Of a stretch of DNA of 64,000 nucleotides, positions 31,165 through 40,800 are shown one piece after another. The stretch covers positions 1 through 64,000 of IMG/VR virus record IMGVR_UViG_3300045988_179014; one strand, given 5' to 3'. Within the stretch, counting starts at the first letter, position 1. Each line of letters opens with the position of its first letter. A program made the position numbers and the translations under genes. The notes under the pieces were generated by a model. The model was not told the DNA's origin. It did no database searches and saw only the letters and a program-made list of their open reading frames with translations. The DNA is from a virus.

Positions 31165-31310
31165 ATTCTTGAGATAATTTACATATGAACTATTTTCACA
31201 GATATAAAATGTGATTTCTTCAAAATTTGATATTTTTTTGTAACCATTTTGGGGCATTTTTATGTGTGTATTTTAGTACACTTGATTGCATTTTTGAGCA
31301 TTTTGTGTGC
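31165..31310. promoter_or_regulatory. AT-rich tract (candidate DNA-unwinding element / promoter region) upstream of the rep-relaxation gene
   Basis: gagataatttacatatgaactattttcacagatataaaatgtgatttcttcaaaatttgatatttttttgtaaccattttgg... Locally much more AT-rich than the flanks. TTGACA at 31326-31331 and GGAGG RBS at 31343-31347 precede the GTG start at 31357. Confidence 0.4.
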
Positions 31311-31356
31311 TTTTGTGTACATGTGTTGACAGTGTTTGTGCTTGTGAGGAGTTATT

Positions 31357-33357
31357 GTGGAGTTCAAACGATTGGATTTCGGGGTTGGGTCGGTTTCTGG
31401 GACTGATGGGACCGAGAATACGGTTGATGCATATGTTGACAATGTGTCTGAAGATGATGCGCACATGTCTGATTCGGCGGATTCTGCTGTTTTGCCTCAT
31501 TTTCGTCGTTTGGTTTTACCAGGTATGGGGGATTCCAACGGTTCTAATGATTCCAATAATTCTGAGGATGGTTCTGTTGTGAATGATTGTTCTGTGAATG
31601 GTTCATTTGCTGCTGAGTTGGTGGATGAAGATTTTGGCAGTGATTCTTCTGATGCTTCTAATGTTGATGGGGTTGGACATGATTCGTTGGTGAGTGATTC
31701 TGGAAACAGTGTTAACAGTGGTGTTTATGTTAATACTGGTTTGGGTGATGGTGCTGCAAATGTGGTTGGCGGTTCGTTTTCTGAGGTTGGGGGTGTTTCT
31801 TCGGGCGAGGTTTTACACAGTGTGGACAATGTTGTGGATAAGTCTGTGGATAATGTGGTGACGGGTTCGTTGGGGTCTTGTGCTGGTTCTGGTGTGCGGG
31901 ATTCTTTGTTGGGGGATGATGTTTCTGTGACATGTCAGACTTCAGGTGCCGTCATGAGGGGTGAAGAAAATGCTGTGGGTTCGGTGGTGGATTCAGGACA
32001 TGATGCTTCTTTTGGGATATCTTCTGCTGTTGAGAATACCTACGATGATGTCAATGATGGGGATGTGGGCGTTGATGGTTTTGGGGTTTTGTTGGGTGGT
32101 TTGTTGAGTGATGACGAAACTGATGAGAGTGTTTCGGTTGTTGTTGATGGTGCTGGGCGGGAGCGTGTTGGTGAGGGTGCTCCGGGGGTTGGGGTGCACC
32201 GGAATGAGTCTGTTGGCGGACGTGAGAAGACTGAGGTTGTTCGTGGTGCGGTGAGGATGAATGTGCGGGAGTTGGGGTTTTTCCGTAATTTGTCTTCAAC
32301 CAAGAGTGGTGTTTTGAATGATGAGTCGTTGGTTCGTGCGTTACGTGGACCGGTTTCGGGTAAGGAATCTGCTGGGGAACGTCGTGAGCGTTTGCGTTTG
32401 CACGGTCAAGGGTTGCGGGGTCGGCGAGTGTTTGAGCGGGGGTCTCGGTTGAGGTTCAGTGGACGTGACCGTGAGGTGTTGCGGTTTCTGGCAATGTTCC
32501 GGTATGCAACGGATTCTCAGTTGTCTCGTATGTTCTCTGTTGTTCCTCGTACCATGCTGAACCGTTTACTGAAGCTGCGGAAACAGGGTTTGGTTATTGA
32601 CCGTAAAATGTATGGTGCTCGTCCTATTTGGTTTTTGACTGAGGCTGGGTTGTTGTTGTCTGGTTTGGATTTGCCTCGGGTGACTGAATCCAAGTTGACT
32701 TTTTCCATGTTTCCACATCAGTTCACTGTTAATCATGTGGCTGCTAATTTGTGGGGGGCGAATGTGAACGTGTTGGGGTTGAAGGATTTTCCGGCAAAGA
32801 ATCGGGTTGATGGTCAGGGTGTTGTAACGTTTGGCGAGGAGCTTGTTTCAGAGTTGGAGATTCAGTCTTCATTCGGAAAGATTAAAATGTTCGACAAAGC
32901 TGAGGTGTATCGCCCTGGTTTGTTGAAGTCTATTGCGAATGAGTTTCAGGTGTGGGAGGAGTCTGGTGGGGTTTCGTTTGGGCCTTCTCCGGAAATGGTT
33001 TTGGGTAATGAGTACATGTGGGCTTTGATGCCTCCTACTATTGTCGGGTTGGCATATCATGTGCCGGATTTGGTTGTGAAACGTGAACGTGCTGCTGATG
33101 GGTCGCCTCGTAGTATTGCTGTTGAAGTGGAAATCAACAACAAACCTACACACAATTATGAGAAAACTTTGCGTGCTTATCGTGATGATATGAGATTGTA
33201 TGAGAAGGTTGTGTGGGTGTGTAAAAACATTGGTCCTGCTCGGAAACTTGAAAACATTGCCAAGGAGATTGGTTTGTGGCAGGAGGGGCGGATTGAGATT
33301 TTGCCTATTGTTACTGCGGATGGTGTTTTCAAGGAGAGGGATTTGTGGACAATTTGA
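31357..33357 (+). CDS. Replication-relaxation family protein (putative replication initiator / relaxase accessory) with about 330-aa acidic disordered N-terminal extension
   Basis: The C-terminal half starts with the wHTH pattern typical of the Replic_Relax (PF13814) family: VLRFLAMFRYATDSQLSRMFSVVPRTMLNRLLKLRKQGLVIDR, followed by FPHQFTVNHVAANLW. The N-terminal 330 aa are Asp/Ser/Val/Gly-rich low complexity, yet the frame stays open despite a stop-prone composition. GTG start with GGAGG RBS. Confidence 0.55.
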   Translation: MEFKRLDFGVGSVSGTDGTENTVDAYVDNVSEDDAHMSDSADSAVLPHFRRLVLPGMGDSNGSNDSNNSEDGSVVNDCSVNGSFAAELVDEDFGSDSSDASNVDGVGHDSLVSDSGNSVNSGVYVNTGLGDGAANVVGGSFSEVGGVSSGEVLHSVDNVVDKSVDNVVTGSLGSCAGSGVRDSLLGDDVSVTCQTSGAVMRGEENAVGSVVDSGHDASFGISSAVENTYDDVNDGDVGVDGFGVLLGGLLSDDETDESVSVVVDGAGRERVGEGAPGVGVHRNESVGGREKTEVVRGAVRMNVRELGFFRNLSSTKSGVLNDESLVRALRGPVSGKESAGERRERLRLHGQGLRGRRVFERGSRLRFSGRDREVLRFLAMFRYATDSQLSRMFSVVPRTMLNRLLKLRKQGLVIDRKMYGARPIWFLTEAGLLLSGLDLPRVTESKLTFSMFPHQFTVNHVAANLWGANVNVLGLKDFPAKNRVDGQGVVTFGEELVSELEIQSSFGKIKMFDKAEVYRPGLLKSIANEFQVWEESGGVSFGPSPEMVLGNEYMWALMPPTIVGLAYHVPDLVVKRERAADGSPRSIAVEVEINNKPTHNYEKTLRAYRDDMRLYEKVVWVCKNIGPARKLENIAKEIGLWQEGRIEILPIVTADGVFKERDLWTI

Positions 33358-33389
33358 GCAAGTTTTCAAAGAGTTGGAGGATGTTGTCC

Positions 33390-35072
33390 ATGTTGGGTTC
33401 TGATGTGAGTAATCCTTTGTTGGATGATGAGGATGAAGTTTATCCAGTTGTTGAAAATCCTGTTGTTGAGCGGTCTGGAATGTCACAGCGGGGTTCATCA
33501 ACTCGTGGTGGGGAATCCATTGTTGAGGAGCATTTACCAAAAGAGGATTCGTTTTTTGGTTATGGGGCTTTTTCTGGTTCGGGTGTTTCCTCTGCTGTAA
33601 TTGATGCGAATGATAACACGTTTGATGATGTGGCACGTTTTGAACAGGATTTTCCGGATGGCCATGGGAACTGGGTGGAATCTGTTCATAGGATGGATAA
33701 ATCTTTTGATGATGTGTCTGATACTGTTGTAGCGGGATTTGATTCTTCTTCTACTGACGATTTCGTTGACAGTGTTGGTGTTTCTGATGGGTTGTCAAGC
33801 GATGATGCTGAACCATTGTCTTTTGGTGGGGATTCGTTGGAGGATTTGTTGGGTCCGGTTGATGGGTCTGATGATGTTGCTGCGTCGGAGGATTTGTATG
33901 ACAGTATGGATTCCATTTTAGCGGCTGCTGATGGGGCTTTGAATGAGGATGATTCCAGTTATTATGCTGTGACTGATGATGACGATGAGTTGGGTGGCTT
34001 GTCATTGGATGCAATTATTGGTCAGGCGATTGAGATGGAGGCGTCGGATATTCATCTTTCATCGGACGACATGGTTGCGTTCACTATTCTGGGGGAGATT
34101 CATCGGATACCGGATTGGGGGGTTTTGAATTCGGTTCAGGTTCAGCGAATTTATACGTCTATTGCATCGCACGTTTCTCAGGACGATTTTGCGAAAGATT
34201 TGGAGTTGGATACGTCATATGTTGTGAAGACTGGTAGGCATCGTGGGCGTCGTTTGCGTTTGTCGGTTGGTAGGTCTTTTCACAATGTTTTCATGGTTTT
34301 TCGTGTGATTGCTGATGTGATTCCGACGCCTCAGGAGTTGGGTGTTTCTGGGAGTTTGTTGGAGTGGTGTAATTTGCCTAATGGTTTGGTGATGATGAAT
34401 GGTCCGACTGGTACGGGTAAATCAACTACTTTGGCTTCGTTGTTGCGGCAGATTCAGTTGACTCGTCCTGCGAAGATTATCACGATTGAGAAACCTATTG
34501 AGTTTGTGTATGGCACTGATGGTAAGGCGTTGGTGACTCAGCGTGAGGTTGGTGGTCGTGATACTCGAACTTTTGCTGGGGCTTTGACTTCTGCGATGCG
34601 TCAGGCTCCGGATATCATCATGTTGGGTGAGGTTCGAAATCAGGTTGAGGTGAATGAGCTGTTGCGTGCTGCTGAGACTGGGCATTTGGCGATTTCCACG
34701 ATGCACACAAATTCGGCTCCTGCTACTGTGAACCGTATCAAGGGTTTGTATCAGGGGGATGACCAGATTCGTATTTTGGGGTCTTTGTCTGAGGTGGTTC
34801 GTGGTTTTGCGAATCAGGTTTTGTTGAAGACTCCTGATGGTAGTGGCAGGTTTGCGGTGCGCGAGGTCTTGGACGTTGATGAAACTGTGTCGCGTATGAT
34901 TCTGCGTGGGGATGTCGAGGGTATCAAAAACTATCAAATGTCCAATGGTATCACGATGGAACATGAGTTGGTGAAAGTTGTGTTGGATGGTCGTGCGAAT
35001 CGTGAGGAAGCCCGTAGAGCAACTTCGAATGTGGCTCGTTTTGACCATTTGTTGAAACAAGCTATGCAGTGA
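33390..35072 (+). CDS. PilT/PilB-family (type II/IV secretion) ATPase with about 230-aa acidic N-terminal extension
   Basis: Walker A GPTGTGKSTT, Asp box ITIEKPIEFVY...TQREVG, Walker B DIIMLGEVR, His box HLAISTMHTNSA. T2SSE N-domain-like segment EASDIHLSSDDMVAFTILGEIHRIP. The ORF track starts at GTG 33345 (overlapping the upstream stop); ATG 33390 has GGAGG 9 nt upstream. Confidence 0.7.
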   Translation: MLGSDVSNPLLDDEDEVYPVVENPVVERSGMSQRGSSTRGGESIVEEHLPKEDSFFGYGAFSGSGVSSAVIDANDNTFDDVARFEQDFPDGHGNWVESVHRMDKSFDDVSDTVVAGFDSSSTDDFVDSVGVSDGLSSDDAEPLSFGGDSLEDLLGPVDGSDDVAASEDLYDSMDSILAAADGALNEDDSSYYAVTDDDDELGGLSLDAIIGQAIEMEASDIHLSSDDMVAFTILGEIHRIPDWGVLNSVQVQRIYTSIASHVSQDDFAKDLELDTSYVVKTGRHRGRRLRLSVGRSFHNVFMVFRVIADVIPTPQELGVSGSLLEWCNLPNGLVMMNGPTGTGKSTTLASLLRQIQLTRPAKIITIEKPIEFVYGTDGKALVTQREVGGRDTRTFAGALTSAMRQAPDIIMLGEVRNQVEVNELLRAAETGHLAISTMHTNSAPATVNRIKGLYQGDDQIRILGSLSEVVRGFANQVLLKTPDGSGRFAVREVLDVDETVSRMILRGDVEGIKNYQMSNGITMEHELVKVVLDGRANREEARRATSNVARFDHLLKQAMQ

Positions 35073-36043
35073 TTCCATGTGTATAGCAATGTTGGCAATG
35101 ATGACTGTATGTTGACTTTGAGTACTGTTTGCAAATAATACGGCTTGGGTTAGTAATGCTTTAGGCGCAATAATTCTGGTGGATGAATGTCAACATTTTT
35201 CAACGAATGTTTCAATGTGGTTATGTTAATGGTTGTGGACAGATAGACATAATGGCTCTTCGTGAATTGAACAATTTTAAGTCATGTGCGGGTTGTCATA
35301 TTTTAAAACATGAAAATGGTTCCCAGCTTCAACCACGGAACCACGGAAACATGAACCAACAAACGTCACACTGCTCATCAATGAAAACATATTCCCAAAC
35401 AACAATCTGTTTATTGCATGTTCTTCTACTATGTGTTGTAACAATGTTTACACTAAACCCCACAATAATCACAAAACATGGATTGATACCTTATGTAGTT
35501 GGCCGGAGGGTCCCAGTTGTCAGTCAATAATAGACGTGATGGCTATATTCAGAGTGATTACAATTTAGCTCAGTTCTCATCTACACCGTTTTGAAGAATA
35601 GCTGTAAGTTTATATAATTCCAGTATGAAAGCGGCCAAACTGTAACAGCTCTACGGTCATTGTTGTATAACTCGTTTTTGGAGCACATCTGGACATCAAT
35701 GTTTCCTGTTGTTTTCAACTTTGTTTCAATCATGTGGATTCAGTTACGAGAATATGGTTCGGTGTTTTCATGTAGTCACTAATTCGTGCTTCTGTTTTTC
35801 ATTGTGTGTTGCGTATCGTATAAGGTTTATTACTATGGTTGTCTTCTGTTTTGTTGTAAGCAGGTTGTATGAAAATGTTGGGAGAATCGTTTGTGCAGGA
35901 CAGATTGGTTGCGAATTGACAATATTGGGGTTTTGCTTGTTTGGTTGATGGTGCTGGTATTGCGAAGTTCAGTTCATGGGTCTTGTTGAGTATGTTTGTG
36001 AGAAGAATTGGGACTTGTGGTTTTGTTGCGCTTCTTTGATGGG

Positions 36044-36080
36044 TTGTTGAATTCTAGTTGTTGAATTCTAGTTGTTGATT
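36044..36080 (+). repeat. Tandem repeat (ttgttgaattctag)x2.6
   Basis: 36044-36057 and 36058-36071 are identical 14-mers; a partial third copy ends at 36080. Inside the ORF-poor stretch 35.1-38.4 kb. Confidence 0.6.
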
Positions 36081-36374
36081 TTTGGCGTTCTGATTTTATG
36101 GTTCTGTTGACAAGTATGTTGGTGGATATGTATGGAATTCAGGTTGGTGGTATGGTTTATCAGGTTCTATGTATCCAAATATGATTGATTGCCTCAAACG
36201 GGCGATGAGACTGGTTTGTAGTAATGCAGTTCCTCCCCCCCCCTGTCACAGAAGCAGACATCTATATCCTATACAGTGGCGGGTTGACCTTTCATGGGTT
36301 TGTTCCTCTAGCACATAAGTCCGGATTCAACGAATACAGCTGGAATCAGGGCTTGTATGTGTTTTGGCTCAGAA

Positions 36375-36620
36375 TTATGTGGAGGAGGAAGACGGTAAGG
36401 TGTCAATTAAGTAGCCCAGAGAACTCAATGTGTCCATCAAGTGCGCGAGGATTTCTTTGAATCTGCTTTTGGTGGCTTCAACATTGGAAGCAGTGACTTC
36501 AATTCCAAAATCTCTCATGAAGTTGACCAAATACTCATCTTCATAATCGGATTGTCGTAGCATCCACCATACTGCTTCTCGTGATGCTTTATCAATCATT
36601 CTTGCTTGCTCTTCTGTCAT
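36375..36620 (-). CDS. Small hypothetical protein (81 aa)
   Basis: Isolated ORF in the otherwise ORF-poor G/T-rich stretch. Confidence 0.3.
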   Translation of the reverse strand: MTEEQARMIDKASREAVWWMLRQSDYEDEYLVNFMRDFGIEVTASNVEATKSRFKEILAHLMDTLSSLGYLIDTLPSSSST

Positions 36621-38349
36621 GTTCTTTCTCTATATTGTTGGTTTGCTTGGTGTTAAATTCAGTATACAGCATGGTCTGTTTGGGGCTGTTCATATGGTTG
36701 GGAACTGATGGTTGAGAATGTAGTCTGTGTGACAAGGAGTTTTGAAAACAAATGTTGACATAATCAATTGAATCAGTCACCGGTCATCATGTATCAAACA
36801 GTTTAGTTCGGGTTCGTATTGGTCAGCTGAAGGAAGTAACATGTATCCAAATTGTCGTTCAACAGATGAATGAAGCAACAGGTGGTTTTACAGAACCAAT
36901 AACTTTTGAACATCACGAAAGGTCAATACAACGATTTATTGCAACCATGTCTAAATGTTTTCACTATAGACAGATGTTAATGGTTTCGCTTTGTCAATTC
37001 ATTATAGTTGGGTAGCGTGATTTTGGCAGAACGTATTACTGGCGTTTTAACCATCAGTAGGGCAATGATTGTTGACTTTTGGGGATACATGATTTTGCAT
37101 CATTCTTCCATACAATAGAGTTTGTTGTGTTAATTGGTATGAAGTCTCTAACATTGTGGGGCCCTATTTAAAGGAAACAATGGTGTTTTGTTCTATAAAC
37201 ACGGTTAGCTCTGTTATCCAACATGATGAAAATATGAAAACACTCTTCGGGTCATAGATGCTAGTAACACAAGGTTCAATGTTTCTGTCATCTGCAACAA
37301 CCAGTTCACGCTTCATCCATTGTATTCAATTTAATCAAACTCAATCAGTGAAGCACTTGTTTCATGATGTAATCATGTTTGAATATACAAAGAAGCATAA
37401 TCGTGAAGGGATGGCGTTCTTCCCCCATTTGCAAAAATAATGTACGCTATGAGACGGTCGATTCCGAAGAATACAACAGTAACATTGTTCATGATGCAAC
37501 ATTGAACCATGTGAAAGTAGCGTCTTCAGATGATGTATTTCGTTCAGGGTGAATTCATATCAAGGATTGGGGTTTCAATCTTCTCAAATAGTAATGCTGT
37601 CTGGTTAGCTTAATATGACCAGCCCATAATGTTTTCGTCAGTGTTCACTCTTGCGTTAACAGATTCTTGACAAGTTGAATACATTCGGTACTGGTTGTTT
37701 TTCCTCTTGGTTCTTGATTGTTCACTGTTCATTGACTTTGTTTGGAGCGATTGGGGCTGAAACCGTGTATGCTCAAGATAAGGTTTTTGGTGTTCATGTG
37801 TTTGAGATTCTGTTGTGCTTTTGAGTTGTTAAGGTTTGAAGATGTCATCGGATTACATTGCTTATACTGGTTGATAGATTGTTTGCAATGTTTTCTGTGT
37901 TGGTTTGTATTGTTGTGTTATTGGGCTATGTTGGTCGTATCAGTGATTATCTGCATAGGATGTCATGATTGAATGAGCATGGGGTGTTGTGGGAATACAT
38001 GATTGTGTTCTTTTGGAAGTAAGCGATTATGACTACTATGAGCTGTTTTCCCTGATTGCTTTTGGAGTCTGGAATCGCTTCCTGTAACGTCCCTAAAAAA
38101 CCTTGGTGGCATCAAGCATAAATAGGTACATAATGCCGTAATTGATTAAAATTTGTTTCAAAATGCTTACTGTGAACAAGGACATTGCAAATTGAGCTGA
38201 AAAGGCTTCTTGTTACGTTTGTTCATGTTGTTTGGTGTTTACAGATTATGTTTACAAATTTGCGGGTTGATAGATTTTTGTTGACATTGTTTTGATTCTA
38301 CAATGTGTATGAGCAATGATTAACCAATTTTCCCAGTGATGTTTCGTAT

Positions 38350-38394
38350 GGAATAGAATAATCCCCACCTCAATTTGGCATCTTGGGTGGGGAT
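38350..38394 (-). terminator. Putative terminator hairpin downstream of ligA
   Basis: atccccacc (38361-38369) pairs with ggtggggat (38386-38394) around a 16-nt loop. The minus strand continues TTATTCTATTCC, 24 nt after the ligA stop. Confidence 0.4.
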
Positions 38395-38417
38395 TGTATT
38401 ACTGTGGGGTCTTGAAC

Positions 38418-40535
38418 CTATTGTGTATATTGGGTTGTGAATTCTCTGGGGCTGATGAAACTGATTCCTAGGTCGTGTGCTTTTTGAATCTTGCTTGATG
38501 TTCCATTTGGGTTGGCTATCATGTGTGTGGTGTTGGCTTTTGGTGTTGAGTGGAATGCTCCTCCATGGGATTCAATATATGCGATTAGACTGTTTCGATT
38601 GGAGAACGGTTCTGGCACTGGTCCACTGATGGAGAATGCCAATCCATTGAGGTCTATTTTTGACATATTGGTGTTGTGGTTGGTGTCTGTATCAGTTGTT
38701 TCAATAGTTGTTTCAGTTTGTCCGAAAGTGACTCCGCCTGCTGCCATTGCTTCCAAAACGGGTTGACGGTCTTTGAGTCCTTGATGAATTGAGTGTGCTT
38801 TTACAGTTCCAAGACCGGGGATGTTTTCCAATTCTTCAATGTTGGCTTGTTGCAATGCTTCCAAAGTGGGATAACGATTGACCAGTATTCTTGCGGTTCG
38901 GTTTCCTAGTGTTGGAATGGCAAGTGCAGGAAGAATTCGTGTCAGTGGGAGATGGCGGGATTGTTCAATATGTTTCATGATGTGAGCAGCAGTTTTTCGT
39001 CCCAGTTTACGAATATTTCCAGTTGATGTTGTTCCTATTTCAGCATTGGCCAAATCGTCTTCAGTGAGATAATACAGGTCAGCTATACTGTTTATTTTGC
39101 CTGTTTCGTGTAAATACGCCAGTGTTGCTTCTGAGAGTCGGTCAATGTCCAAAACGGTTCTTCCTACAGCCGCTTTGAGAGCAGAAAAATCACGACTGGC
39201 ACATGCATTGTTGGGGCATAGCAATGTTTTGGGTGGCCATATGTTTCCAGGGTGTTCCAATTGTTTGTTACATACTGGACATATGATAGGTGTTTCAACT
39301 GGTTCGCTGTTTAGGGATTGGTTGATTACTGCAACAATTTGTGGAATGATTTCGTTGGCTTTTTCTACTATTACTGTACTTCCTACACGAATGTCTTTTT
39401 GTGCAATGAGGTGAAAGTTGTGAAGTGATGCTTGTGAAACTGTGCTTCCGTCCAACTTGATGGGGTCAAAAGTAGCGACAGGTGTGATTCGTCCAGTTTT
39501 ACCTACTGTAATATTAATACTTCGAACAGTGGTTGTGCCTTGTTCAGCAGGATATTTCCATGCAATCTGGGATACAGGATGATGGGATGTGGAGCCCATA
39601 CGGTTGTGCATTATGCTTTCATGATGAGGTTTCAGCACAATACCGTCAGTTGGAAAACTCAAGGTGTCTCTAATTTCTCCAAATGTGTCAATGGTGTTGT
39701 ATATTTCCTCATTTGTTTGTAAATTAGTGAATTGTATGGCGGGGGCTTCTTTGGTGGTTAACTGATTCACTGTGATGAAGTTGGTGTCTTCAGCCAGTAT
39801 GTCCACACCTGCTAGTGAACCATTGACAACAGTAGAATAGGCGGCAAAAGTTAGATGTATTTCATGAGGGAGCCCATATCCGGCTTTTTTGATTATTCCA
39901 CTGGCTGCATTACGAGAGTTCTCAAATGGCGCGTTACCAGTATTGATACGTGCTGTGTTCGCTTTATGAAATTGTTCTTGAGTGAAGAAAATTTCGCCGC
40001 GTACTTCAAATTTCTGTTTGATACTGGTCGTGTGTGGGAGTCCAGCAATATACAGTTTTTCTGTATTCAACAAGTAGCTGATGTTTTCTCCTGTTGTTCC
40101 ATCACCTCGGGTTGCCAACAAAACTATATGACCATTGTTGTAGTGGGCACTGAGCGCGATGCCGTCAATTTTTGCTTGAAGGTGAAATGTGGTTTCTCCG
40201 GCTTCACGGATACGACGAATTCTTGCATCCAGTTCGGTTCGAGTTTTGGCTTTGGCGAGGGATAGCATTGGAACATGATGAGTTACTGGTTCAGTATTCG
40301 GTCGGGTTGGTACGGCTCCTAAAAGCGGCTCCCCTTCCAATATTCTGGCTCCAATGGTTCCTGGTTCGAACAGGTCTGGAAACTGGTTCACGAAAGTCAT
40401 CAGATAGGTTTGTTTTGCATCAAATTCTGCATCAGTGAGTGGAGAATTCGTTCCTTCCAAATAGTACTGCTGTGATGCGTCTTGAAGTTCTTGGATAAGG
40501 CTTTGAACGGCTTCTCTGGTCATTGTTGTTCTCAT
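38418..40535 (-). CDS. ligA: NAD+-dependent DNA ligase
   Basis: 705 aa with adenylation motif LQAKIDGIALS (KxDG), Cys4 zinc finger CPVCNKQLEHPGNIWPPKTLLCPNNACAS, an HhH region and a C-terminal BRCT (ISGPVP...KIQKAHDLGISF). Canonical LigA domain order. Confidence 0.9.
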   Translation of the reverse strand: MRTTMTREAVQSLIQELQDASQQYYLEGTNSPLTDAEFDAKQTYLMTFVNQFPDLFEPGTIGARILEGEPLLGAVPTRPNTEPVTHHVPMLSLAKAKTRTELDARIRRIREAGETTFHLQAKIDGIALSAHYNNGHIVLLATRGDGTTGENISYLLNTEKLYIAGLPHTTSIKQKFEVRGEIFFTQEQFHKANTARINTGNAPFENSRNAASGIIKKAGYGLPHEIHLTFAAYSTVVNGSLAGVDILAEDTNFITVNQLTTKEAPAIQFTNLQTNEEIYNTIDTFGEIRDTLSFPTDGIVLKPHHESIMHNRMGSTSHHPVSQIAWKYPAEQGTTTVRSINITVGKTGRITPVATFDPIKLDGSTVSQASLHNFHLIAQKDIRVGSTVIVEKANEIIPQIVAVINQSLNSEPVETPIICPVCNKQLEHPGNIWPPKTLLCPNNACASRDFSALKAAVGRTVLDIDRLSEATLAYLHETGKINSIADLYYLTEDDLANAEIGTTSTGNIRKLGRKTAAHIMKHIEQSRHLPLTRILPALAIPTLGNRTARILVNRYPTLEALQQANIEELENIPGLGTVKAHSIHQGLKDRQPVLEAMAAGGVTFGQTETTIETTDTDTNHNTNMSKIDLNGLAFSISGPVPEPFSNRNSLIAYIESHGGAFHSTPKANTTHMIANPNGTSSKIQKAHDLGISFISPREFTTQYTQ

Positions 40536-40737
40536 GGTGTAAAAAGGTGTTCCTAGGTGCTGTAAATGCGTCCAAGCGGCTTTATAAGGCCATTGAGGAC
40601 AAGTTTAGAAGAATATGGTGCAGCGAATAGGTTAATGTTTGATGTATGTTTTTGGTTTTGAATGGTTTAATTGCAATGATTGTGTCATTCTTGCTGTATT
40701 GTATCTGTTTGATGATGAATATAAATGTGGACATAGC

Positions 40738-40780
40738 AAAGTGGCACACAACCCCCTACCACTGAGGTGTGTGCCACTTT
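40738..40780. other. 13-bp perfect inverted repeat aaagtggcacaca / tgtgtgccacttt downstream of the tad cluster's last gene
   Basis: Strong hairpin (17-nt loop) but no adjacent T-run on either strand. Could be a terminator variant, a REP-like element or a protein-binding palindrome. Confidence 0.35.
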
Positions 40781-40800
40781 GGGGCTCCCGGAAAGGGAAG

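Noticed and set aside
30458-31177. 239-aa plus-strand ORF and overlapping ORFs across the iteron region
   Set aside because: Cys/Val/Leu/Phe-only composition generated by G/T-rich non-coding DNA. It overlaps the phased GCGCACACTT repeats; several mutually overlapping frames are open, which is typical of compositional artefact.
35183-35530. 115-aa plus-strand ORF downstream of the PilT-like gene
   Set aside because: Low-complexity Cys/His/Asn-rich product with no RBS, in a G/T-rich non-coding patch; judged spurious.
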